Below are positions 56,151-64,000 of a DNA stretch of 64,000 nucleotides, piece by piece. The notes beneath the pieces were generated by a model, which did not search any database, had not been told where the DNA came from, and was given only the letters and a program-made list of their open reading frames with translations. The position numbers and the translations under genes were made by a program. Each line of letters begins with the position of its first letter. Within the stretch, counting starts at the first letter, position 1. Location of the stretch: NCBI GenBank assembly GCA_964449815.1, contig CAYVGC010000006.1, positions 8,817 through 72,816 on the forward strand. Direction: 5' to 3'. This stretch comes from an uncultured Bifidobacteriaceae bacterium (lineage in GTDB: Bacteria > Verrucomicrobiota > Verrucomicrobiia > Limisphaerales > UBA11358).

Positions 56151-57188
56151 TTAACCCTGGCTGTGATACAGCGCCACGAGCGCCGCACCGATGGCCTGCG
56201 ACAGGTCGCCCAGAACGGCGGGGACAATTTTGAGGGTGTCGCGCTGTTGTGGCCAGAGATAAGGCCGGGCCGACTCGCGGATGAGGCGCAGGTAACGCTC
56301 GCGGAATTCCGGCGTGGTCGCTTCGTGATCCATCAGCCCGCCGCCGATGACAAAGATGCCAGGATCAAGCGCCATCGCCAGATTCGCGACGTGCAGGCCC
56401 ATCACCCGCGCCTGAAAATCGAATATTTCCACGGCGAGCGGATCGCCTTTCTGCGCGCGGCCGCGAAGTGAAAGCACTTTCTCTTTGATTGGCGCATTGG
56501 ACCTGGCGAATTCGTGGTCGGGATATTTTAATAATTTTTCCGCCAGCAGATATGGCAGCCCGGAAATGGTCGTGTAAGCTTCCACACAGCCCCAGTTGCG
56601 ACCGCAGCCGCAGGGAAACGGTTTGCCGGTGACGCCAAGCAGGTGCAACGGCGCGGGCATGTGGCCGGCTTCCATTCCCGCGAGCGTGTCGCCGTCCAGC
56701 GAAAGTCCATCCGCGCCGATGAACGCCGCGCCGAGGCCGGAGCCGGGCATGAGCATGGCGACAGAGGCGCGCGTCTTGCCGCGCGCAATCTGCGCCTCGG
56801 CCACGCCGCCGTAATTGCCGTCGTTGCCCACAACGAGCGGCACCGCATGGCCAAGCTGCTGCGCCAGCGCCGCGCTGTAATCCGCATGCACGTCCCAGCC
56901 GCAGAAACTGGCCGGCAGGTTCGGCGATTTGCCGAAGACGCCGTAGCGTTCGTAAGGTCCGGGAATCGCCAGGCCGACGCCGTGAACCTGCGACCATTGC
57001 AATTTATTTTGCGCGAGAAATTCGCCGATGCCAGCGATCCAGCCGCTGATGACGGCCTCGCGGCCATTTTCAGAATTGGTCGGGAGTTGCAGCAATTTGG
57101 TGGAAACCGCCTCGCCGTTTTCCCGGACGGCGGAAAACTTGGTGGTGGTCGCGCCGCTGTCCGTGCCGATGAAAATGTTTTGGCTCAT
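56151..57188 (-). CDS. ROK-family sugar kinase / glucokinase-like protein
   Basis: MSQNIFIGTDSGATTTKF...VVGNDGNYGGVAE...CGCGRNWGCVEAY (ROK Zn motif). Only the C-terminal 345 aa of the 697-aa track ORF is used. Confidence 0.8.
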   Translation of the reverse strand: MSQNIFIGTDSGATTTKFSAVRENGEAVSTKLLQLPTNSENGREAVISGWIAGIGEFLAQNKLQWSQVHGVGLAIPGPYERYGVFGKSPNLPASFCGWDVHADYSAALAQQLGHAVPLVVGNDGNYGGVAEAQIARGKTRASVAMLMPGSGLGAAFIGADGLSLDGDTLAGMEAGHMPAPLHLLGVTGKPFPCGCGRNWGCVEAYTTISGLPYLLAEKLLKYPDHEFARSNAPIKEKVLSLRGRAQKGDPLAVEIFDFQARVMGLHVANLAMALDPGIFVIGGGLMDHEATTPEFRERYLRLIRESARPYLWPQQRDTLKIVPAVLGDLSQAIGAALVALYHSQG

Positions 57189-57266
57189 GATTGAACCCGT
57201 TAAATTGCGGACAACCATTTCAAAGGCAAGAATTATTCGCGTTTCCTTGCTCAAGTCGTTTAAGCT

Positions 57267-58301
57267 TTGCAGCCCGTGACGCAACCCGAAACATTTTCCG
57301 CGCTGCTCCGAGCGCCCGCTCCGGTGCTGGCGCTCGCGCCGATGCAGGACGTGACGACCCTGCAATTCATGCGCGTCCTTGCGCGCTACGGCGGGCCGGA
57401 TGTTTATTGGACGGAATATTTCCGCGTCCACGGCGAGTCGCACCCGGAAAAATGGATTCTCGATTCCATCACCAAGAATCCGACGGGCCGGCCCGTCGTC
57501 GCGCAGTTGATCGGCAACGACATTCCCGCGCTCGTCCGCACGGCCAAGCTGCTCCAGAAACTTCCTGTCGCCGCGATTGACCTGAACCTCGGCTGTCCCG
57601 CGCCGATTGTGTATCGCAAATGCGCCGGCGGCGGGCTGCTGCGCGCGCCGGAAAAAATTGACGCCATCCTCGGCGCGCTGCGCGACGCGGTGACGATTCC
57701 GTTCACGGTGAAAACGCGCCTCGGCTTCGATTCGCCCGCCGAGTTCGAGGGACTGCTGCCGGTTTTTGCCAGACATCCGATTGATCTGCTCACCGTCCAC
57801 GCGCGCACCGTGGCGCAGATGTATCGGCCCGGCGTGCGCTATGACTTGATTGCGCGCGCGGCCGGGGAATTGCGCTGCCCGGTGATATTGAATGGCAATG
57901 TTTTCAGCGCGGTGCAGGCGCAACAATTGTTGACGCAAACCGGCGCGCGCGGTTTGATGATCGGGCGCGGCGCGATCCGCAATCCCTGGCTGTTCGATCA
58001 AATCCGGCAACAGCTTCACGATGAAAAAATTAAATTGCCGACGGGCCGCGACGTGCTGGCTTACCTCCGCGAACTGTGGAACAGCGAAATCACGCCCGGC
58101 GGGCACGAAGCGGCGCAGGTGCAGCGGATGAAGAAATTCATGAACTTCATCGGCGAAGGCGTCGGCGAAACATTTCTGCACGACATTCGTCGCGTGGAGA
58201 CGACGGCCGATTTCTGGCGCGTGTGTGAAAAGTTTCTCGGCCACGACGAACCGCTGGCGCTGGAACCGGTGCCGGCTGCAAACAAGGATGACCTGCCGTG
58301 A
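57267..58301 (+). CDS. tRNA-dihydrouridine synthase
   Basis: LAPMQDVTTLQFMRV...IDLNLGCPAPIVYRKCAGGGLL...TVHART. Confidence 0.85.
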   Translation: MQPVTQPETFSALLRAPAPVLALAPMQDVTTLQFMRVLARYGGPDVYWTEYFRVHGESHPEKWILDSITKNPTGRPVVAQLIGNDIPALVRTAKLLQKLPVAAIDLNLGCPAPIVYRKCAGGGLLRAPEKIDAILGALRDAVTIPFTVKTRLGFDSPAEFEGLLPVFARHPIDLLTVHARTVAQMYRPGVRYDLIARAAGELRCPVILNGNVFSAVQAQQLLTQTGARGLMIGRGAIRNPWLFDQIRQQLHDEKIKLPTGRDVLAYLRELWNSEITPGGHEAAQVQRMKKFMNFIGEGVGETFLHDIRRVETTADFWRVCEKFLGHDEPLALEPVPAANKDDLP

Positions 58302-58999
58302 AAACTCCCGTTTTGATTTGGCGAAGGAGGCGAACGTTTTTCATCACCGGCACGGACACGGGCGTGGGCAAGACGGTTTTGACCGCGCTGCTCGCGCAGT
58401 TTTTACGCGGACGCGGCGGGCGCGTCGCCGCGCTCAAGCCGGTTTGCTCCGGCGGCCGCGAAGACGCCATTGCGCTCCGCCACGCGCTGGGACACACGCT
58501 CCCGCTGGACGAAATCAATCCGTGGCATTTCCGCGCGGCCATCGCGCCGGGGCTCGCTGCGCGGCTTGAAAAGCAGCCGGTGAAACGTGCGTCCGTCCTC
58601 GTGCGGCTTCGCGCCATGCAGAAAAAATTCGACGTGACGCTGGTGGAAGGCGCGGGCGGGCTTTTGAGCCCGCTGGGCGAAAATTTTGACGCGCGTGATT
58701 TGATGACCGCCCTGCGGGCGTTGCCCATCATCGTTGCGCCCAACAAACTGGGCGCGGTGAACCACGTCCGGCTGACGCTGGAAGCGCTGCCGAAACCTCT
58801 TCGGGCCAAGGCCAGGGTGGTTTTGATGTGCCCGCCGGAACCGGATCCGGCCACCGCGTCAAATGCAAAATTGTTGCAGGCCTTTTTGCCGTGTGGAAAA
58901 TTGTTCAAGCTGCCTTGGTTCGGAAGAAATTTTTCCGCCGCCGAAATTCTGAAAAAACCGCAGGCAAAACGGACGCTGACCGGGCTGTTGCGGATTTGA
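58298..58999 (+). CDS. bioD: Dethiobiotin synthase
   Basis: FFITGTDTGVGKTVLTALL...LVEGAGGLLSPL. GTG start. Confidence 0.85.
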   Translation: MKTPVLIWRRRRTFFITGTDTGVGKTVLTALLAQFLRGRGGRVAALKPVCSGGREDAIALRHALGHTLPLDEINPWHFRAAIAPGLAARLEKQPVKRASVLVRLRAMQKKFDVTLVEGAGGLLSPLGENFDARDLMTALRALPIIVAPNKLGAVNHVRLTLEALPKPLRAKARVVLMCPPEPDPATASNAKLLQAFLPCGKLFKLPWFGRNFSAAEILKKPQAKRTLTGLLRI

Positions 59000-59217
59000 G
59001 TCTCACCGGCGAAGAGTCGTCGCGGGCGAGCGCAGCCGGGCGGCTCGCGGTGGATGATTGCTGCTCAGGGCCAGAAACTGGACCGTCATTTCAACAGCAA
59101 AAAAACCTGCGGCGCCAGCGGGATTGCTATTGCCGACGGTTTGTCGGTTGGCATAGATTGGACAGTGTCAAACGAACATGGCTTAAGCGGCGTGAGTCGT
59201 GATGATTTGCCAGCAAA

Positions 59218-60786
59218 ATGAACAATATCAACAACACATCGGTGCTCTTCCGGTCGCTGATCGTTTATGCGGTCTGCGTGCCGCTGGCCATCTTTGTGGG
59301 CTACACGCTCACCAACCCGCTGGATTACCAGTCCGTCGGGTTTATTGGCGTGCTGATGGCCTTTCTGGTTTTTCCACTGTTGATGAAATGGCATTATCCC
59401 CTGTTGATCTTCAGTTGGGCCTGTCCCGTTACGCTGTTTTTTTTGCCAGGCCACCCCAACCTCTTTCTCCTGATGGTGCTGGCAAGTTTAAGCATTTCGG
59501 TGGTGGAACGGATCTTGAACAAGGAACAACCTTTTGTGTCCGCCGGAGGCGTCAGATGGCCCTTGATTGCCCTGCTGGCCGTGGTTCTCATTACAGCGGA
59601 ACTGACCGGTGGCTTTGGTTTTCGATCCATGGGTTCCACAGTCTATGGAGGCAAGAAATACGCGATGCTGATCATCGGCATCTTGAGCTTTTTTGCCATC
59701 AGCGCCCGGCCCATTCCCAAGCAGCACGCCAACCTGTATATCACGCTCTATTTTGCCGGCTCCTTTTTCAACTTCATTTCGGATTTGTATCCCGTTGTCC
59801 CGGACCCTTTGCATTTCATCTACCTGTTTTTCCCGATGTCTGATCGCGAGATGGACCCATTCGGCAATATTCACCTGGAGTTTGGGGTGACCCGGCTGCT
59901 TGGGATCGCCGGCACGGCAGGCGCGGTGTTTTACTGGATGCTGGCCCGGCATGGCATCCGCGACCTCTTTCTTTCCGGCAAACCCTGGCGGCCGCTGGTG
60001 CTCGGCCTGGCCTTCATATTTATTTTCTTGGGTGGATTTCGCTCATCAATCATCGAGGCGCTGATAGTTTTCGGGCTGATCTTCTATTTGGAAAAACTGC
60101 ACCGCACCGGCATGATGCTGGTGGTGGTCATGGCGGGCATCATGGGGGGTGCGCTCTTGGTGCCGCTGGCGTCGCACCTGCCTTATACCTTTCAACGGTC
60201 GCTGGCCTGGCTGCCCCTCGAAATAGACCAGGACGCCCGGATGGATGCCGAAGGCTCCACGCAATGGCGGCTGGATATTTGGGAAGCCTTGTTGCCGGAG
60301 GTTCCGAAATATTTAATGCTGGGCAAAGGATATGCCTTTTCGGCAGAAACGTTTGAAGAGTCAATGGGACGTGGTGCCACCTTTCAGAAGATCATTGACC
60401 CCTCGGAGAATCCCCTGGCCCTTTCCAGCGATTTCCACAGCGGACCGTTTTCCGTGGTGATCACCTTTGGCATCTGGGGGGTGCTGGCCTGGCTCTGGTA
60501 TTGGGCGGCGGGATTCTGGGTGGTCTGGCGCAATTACCATTACGGCGATCCGGCCATTCGCCACATAAACCTGTTCCTGTTCGCCATGTTTGTGTCCAGG
60601 GTTTTTGGGTTTCTCTTTATTTTCGGCGGCATCGTGGAAGATGTGGCCAACTTTGCCGGCATCATTGGTTTGAGCCTTGCCATGAATCATGGCGTGATGC
60701 GGCCGCAGTCGCAGCCCCAGACCGGTTCCGTCGCCACCACCAACCCGCGTTTCGCCATCCCGTCCCGGCCAGCCTTCCAGCGTTAG
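59218..60786 (+). CDS. O-antigen ligase/polymerase-like polytopic membrane protein
   Basis: About 12 TM helices with a large periplasmic loop (EGSTQWRLDIWEALL...GKGYAF), typical of the Wzy_C/O-antigen ligase family. Confidence 0.6.
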   Translation: MNNINNTSVLFRSLIVYAVCVPLAIFVGYTLTNPLDYQSVGFIGVLMAFLVFPLLMKWHYPLLIFSWACPVTLFFLPGHPNLFLLMVLASLSISVVERILNKEQPFVSAGGVRWPLIALLAVVLITAELTGGFGFRSMGSTVYGGKKYAMLIIGILSFFAISARPIPKQHANLYITLYFAGSFFNFISDLYPVVPDPLHFIYLFFPMSDREMDPFGNIHLEFGVTRLLGIAGTAGAVFYWMLARHGIRDLFLSGKPWRPLVLGLAFIFIFLGGFRSSIIEALIVFGLIFYLEKLHRTGMMLVVVMAGIMGGALLVPLASHLPYTFQRSLAWLPLEIDQDARMDAEGSTQWRLDIWEALLPEVPKYLMLGKGYAFSAETFEESMGRGATFQKIIDPSENPLALSSDFHSGPFSVVITFGIWGVLAWLWYWAAGFWVVWRNYHYGDPAIRHINLFLFAMFVSRVFGFLFIFGGIVEDVANFAGIIGLSLAMNHGVMRPQSQPQTGSVATTNPRFAIPSRPAFQR

Positions 60787-60814
60787 CCGAGGAAATGGAA
60801 CCGAGGGATTCTGT

Positions 60815-61810
60815 GTGAAGCCCAAACTGCTCATCCTTGAACTTTGGGGTCTGGGCGACCTGGTGATCGCCACCCCGTTCATCCGGGCGGCGGCGGAAAA
60901 ATTTGCGGTGACGCTGCTGGCCAAACCATTCGCTCAGGAAATGCGTCCGCGCCTCTGGCCGACGGTGGAAGTGGTGCCGTTCACCGCCCCGTGGACGGCG
61001 TTTGCGTTCCGTTCCAAATACAGCCTCTGGCGCTGGCCGTGGCTGGAAATGCTGCGCCTGCGCCGCGAACTGCGGGCGGAAAAATTTGACTGCGCCGTTT
61101 CCGCCCGGTGGGATCCGCGCGACCATTTCCTCCTGAAAACCGTCGGCGCCCGCGAACGGCTCGGTTTTTCGCGGCTGAAAAGCCAGGGCCTTCTCACGCA
61201 GCCGCTCATGCGGCCCGACCCGCTCGCGCACCGCAGCGAATACTGGCGCACCGCCGGCCACGCGCTGGGCCTGCAGTTGCCGGCCCGCGAAAAAATTGTT
61301 CCGCCGGCCCGTGAACCATCGGCCAGTGCGTTGATCCACAGCGGGGCACGCCTGCCGGCCCGCGTCTGGCCGCTGGAAAATTTCCAGGGTCTCGCCGCCC
61401 GGCTGCGCGGGAAAAACCTCGCCGTGCAAGTGGCCTGCGACCCCAACCAGCTCGGCTGGTGGCGGCAGCATGGCGAAAATGCCGCCTGCCCGCGCAACGT
61501 GGGCGAACTGTGGGCGTTGATTGACCGCGCCGGAATTTTCATCGGCAACTGCTCCGGCCCCGGCCACCTCGCGGCCATCTGCGGCGTCCCGACCTTCACC
61601 ATCTATGGTCCGTCGTTGCACGAATGGTGGGTGCCGATGCATCCGGGGGCGGAAATTTTCGAAGGCCGCGCCTGTCCTTACAAGCCGTGCGCAGACTATT
61701 GCCGCTACGCCACGCCGTTCTGTTTGGAGCAGGTGCCGGTGGACGAGGTCTGGCCGCGCGTGGAAAGATTCATTGCGGCCCGGCTCACGCCGCTTCAAAA
61801 TTCAAAATAA
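60815..61810 (+). CDS. Glycosyltransferase family 9 (heptosyltransferase-like)
   Basis: KLLILELWGLGDLVIATPFIRA N-terminus and GNCSGPGHLAAICGVPTFTIYGPS. Confidence 0.75.
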   Translation: MKPKLLILELWGLGDLVIATPFIRAAAEKFAVTLLAKPFAQEMRPRLWPTVEVVPFTAPWTAFAFRSKYSLWRWPWLEMLRLRRELRAEKFDCAVSARWDPRDHFLLKTVGARERLGFSRLKSQGLLTQPLMRPDPLAHRSEYWRTAGHALGLQLPAREKIVPPAREPSASALIHSGARLPARVWPLENFQGLAARLRGKNLAVQVACDPNQLGWWRQHGENAACPRNVGELWALIDRAGIFIGNCSGPGHLAAICGVPTFTIYGPSLHEWWVPMHPGAEIFEGRACPYKPCADYCRYATPFCLEQVPVDEVWPRVERFIAARLTPLQNSK

Positions 61811-61813
61811 AAC

Positions 61814-63745
61814 ATGCTGAACGCGGTCCGCATCTGGATTCTGCTTTCCACCTGGCTCGTCAGCGCGGGCTGGATTCTGTCGGCGCTGCACCAGTTGAAC
61901 CGGGTAGGTTATGGCGTGGCGTTTGCCCTCACGGGAACCGTGGCGATTTGTTGGTGGGGAAAAAACAAATGGCCGGCCCTGCAAATGCCGCCGGCGGCAT
62001 GGCATAAATTCCGCCGCCGTTTCAAACGTCCCGCGCCCCTGCTGTTTTTGGTGCTGGTCTTAATGTCCCTTGTTTCGGGCATTCTTTACGCGCCCTACAA
62101 TCCAGATACAAATTCCTACCGGTTTCCGCGCATGTTGCATTGGCTGGGACAGGGGCAATGGCACTGGATTCACACTGCGGATATGCGGATGAACGTGGCC
62201 GGCTGCGGATATGAATGGCTCCTTGCACCGGTCCTGCTTTTTACCCGCACGGACCGGTTTTTGTTTCTGATCAACTGGGTGTCTTATCTCATGTTGCCGG
62301 GATTGATGTTTTGTTTTTTCAAGCTTATAGGGTTGCGGCTCCGGGTGGCCTGGTGGTGGACTTGGCTGTTGGCTTCCGGGTGGTGCTACGTTCTGCAATC
62401 GGCTTCGGTGGTGAACGACGCGCTGCCGGTTATTTATGCGCTGGCCGCCGTGGTGCTCGCCATGAGGATCCGTCGAACAGGAAGAACAATGGACTTTTGG
62501 TTTTCGCTGCTGGCGGCCGCCTTGCTGACCGGCGTCAAACAAACCGGCATTCCACTCGCCGGGCTCTGGCTGCTGGCCGTCTGGCCGCACCGGCGCATCG
62601 CGTGGGCCAACCCGAAAACCTTTTTTGTGATCGCCTCTTTAGGCCTGTTGGTGTCAGGCGTTCCGACAATTGTTTTCAACTGCATGCATACCGGCAGCTG
62701 GTCCGGGGTCTCGGCTTTGCAGGCTGAGGATCCGGGGTGGCGCCTTCAATTGAATTCTCCATTCTGGGGAATTGTCGGGAATTCCTTCTGCCTTCTGGTG
62801 CAAAACCTGCTGCCGCCGTTTTTTCCGTGGCGCGGCGCCTGGAATCATGCCATGGATGATTTTGTGGCGACTCCGTTCGGCACCCATTTCAACTCCTTCG
62901 AGTTTTTCGGCCATGTGAGTCCCGGCATTTCAGAATCATCCGCCGGCATCGGACTGGCAATTGTATTTATGACCTTGATTTCGATTGGCGCGGCCCGAAC
63001 ATTTACCGCCGCACGCCAAATAAAATGTTCGCCGCTTCAACTTGGTTTGCGGGTGTGCCCATGGTTTTTGCTGGTCCTCTTCATGGCCAAAGTTGGATTC
63101 GCCCAAAATGCGCGGCATCTGGCCACCTATTACATTTTCTTTTTCCCGTTGCTGCTCGCACATGCCGGCCACGAAAAACTGGTGAGACAGCAGTGGTGGC
63201 AAATAATCACCCTGCTGTGCATCTCGTTTTCCGCCGGGTTGCTGGTCGTAAACACAGCCCGTCCGCTGTTTCCGGCGGTGGCGGTCATGCGACAATTAGC
63301 CGCCGGGCATCCGCATTCCAAAATCATCGCCGCTTTGCATGACGCTTACATGGCTCCCAACTCGCTTCGGAACGCCGAGCGGCAAATCGAGGAAAAAGTC
63401 CCTCCCAGCGAGCCGCTGGTGGGTTATGCGGGGCTTTGGAACACACAATTAGAGCCGGCCTTGTGGCGGCCTTTGGGAGCAAGACGGGTCGAAGATGTCT
63501 TGAACACAGATTCGCCGGAACAACTGCTCCAGCAAGGCATTCATTATGTGGTAATTGAGAATTATCCGAGCTTGGATTGCCAGAACATCAGTGAATGGAT
63601 GGCGCGGTATCACGCCAGTTTAACCGCTGAATTCATGTATCAAGATAAGGGCCGCGACAGTTCCCAATCCCATGTTTACATGATGCGGTTGGATGGCAAG
63701 CCATCCTCCCAAGGTGTCACAGCCGGTTCCACCACACCGCCGTAG
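61814..63745 (+). CDS. Large polytopic membrane protein, possibly a GT-C-type glycosyltransferase
   Basis: 643 aa, more than 10 TM helices, a soluble C-terminal domain, and LPS-type genes as neighbours. Confidence 0.45.
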   Translation: MLNAVRIWILLSTWLVSAGWILSALHQLNRVGYGVAFALTGTVAICWWGKNKWPALQMPPAAWHKFRRRFKRPAPLLFLVLVLMSLVSGILYAPYNPDTNSYRFPRMLHWLGQGQWHWIHTADMRMNVAGCGYEWLLAPVLLFTRTDRFLFLINWVSYLMLPGLMFCFFKLIGLRLRVAWWWTWLLASGWCYVLQSASVVNDALPVIYALAAVVLAMRIRRTGRTMDFWFSLLAAALLTGVKQTGIPLAGLWLLAVWPHRRIAWANPKTFFVIASLGLLVSGVPTIVFNCMHTGSWSGVSALQAEDPGWRLQLNSPFWGIVGNSFCLLVQNLLPPFFPWRGAWNHAMDDFVATPFGTHFNSFEFFGHVSPGISESSAGIGLAIVFMTLISIGAARTFTAARQIKCSPLQLGLRVCPWFLLVLFMAKVGFAQNARHLATYYIFFFPLLLAHAGHEKLVRQQWWQIITLLCISFSAGLLVVNTARPLFPAVAVMRQLAAGHPHSKIIAALHDAYMAPNSLRNAERQIEEKVPPSEPLVGYAGLWNTQLEPALWRPLGARRVEDVLNTDSPEQLLQQGIHYVVIENYPSLDCQNISEWMARYHASLTAEFMYQDKGRDSSQSHVYMMRLDGKPSSQGVTAGSTTPP

Positions 63746-64000
63746 GCTTGGGCACGGCAATGGTCACGCGCCGCTCCGGACTTTGCCGGGTGTAGATCGC
63801 ATAGCTCGTCGCCGCGAGTCGGAAATGCCCCGCACGCAGCCGGCGCAGCCGATGGCTTAAAATCCACAGCGGCCGGAGCAGCCGCAGCCAGGCCGGAACC
63901 ATCCTGCGGGTCTCCATTTTTTCGCGGATGGCGTTTGGCTTGAGATTCATGTTGGCGCCGGTGTCCGCAAAAACCGAGGTGAACGTGTCGCACACGGCCA
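63717..64000 (-). CDS. Hypothetical protein, C-terminal part (probably continues beyond window end)
   Basis: The open frame reaches the window edge. No family recognised. It overlaps the end of the previous gene by 29 nt. Confidence 0.25.
   Translation of the reverse strand, partial: AVCDTFTSVFADTGANMNLKPNAIREKMETRRMVPAWLRLLRPLWILSHRLRRLRAGHFRLAATSYAIYTRQSPERRVTIAVPKPTAVWWNRL

Noticed and set aside
57189-58244. Upstream 352 codons of the 697-aa ORF 56151-58244(-) as part of the ROK protein.
   Set aside because: That part is antisense to the well-conserved dihydrouridine synthase gene and is Arg-rich. The ROK homology starts at MSQNIFIGTDSGATTTKF (ATG at 57188).

Overview
High-GC bacterial chromosomal segment. 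The gene content (many secreted glycoside hydrolases, futalosine-pathway mqnA, a ctaA/ctaB-led aa3-type oxidase operon) suggests a PVC/Verrucomicrobia-like organism, but that is inference only. Most of the window is ordinary housekeeping: rnhB, ribH, the cox operon, prfC, proB, mazG, rplU-rpmA-obg, nadC-birA-coaX, dus, bioD. There is also a glycan-degradation cluster (GH29, GH99-like, GH78-like, GH35, DUF2264, GH106-like, S9 peptidase) and an LPS/O-antigen-type cluster. The stand-out region is the left edge (1-6.1 kb), which looks lower in GC by eye. It holds a type I-C-like CRISPR-Cas effector operon on the minus strand with a non-canonical layout. A roughly 60-80 aa Cas3 N-terminal stub ends inside the HD motif, and its stop overlaps the cas5 start. 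Then come cas5c, cas8c and cas7c, followed by a second, unrelated Cas3-type HD ORF. That ORF is absent from the supplied ORF track, has a GTG start overlapping the cas7 stop, and runs off the window. I found no cas1/cas2/cas4 and no CRISPR array in the visible sequence. Upstream of the operon is about 1.5 kb of mostly non-coding DNA containing a roughly 50-nt imperfect inverted repeat that forms the 5' ends of two divergent ORFs. Other notable items are: a tRNA-Arg(ACG) flanked by two decayed tyrosine-integrase genes, one fused to the tail of a DUF2961-like gene; a roughly 350-bp AT-rich island made of degenerate 42-bp tandem units upstream of an ArsR-type regulator; and inverted CGGAAAG heptamer arrays bracketing the ctaD stop and ending 10 nt before the ctaE start. 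All family assignments come from reading motifs by eye. No database search was run.
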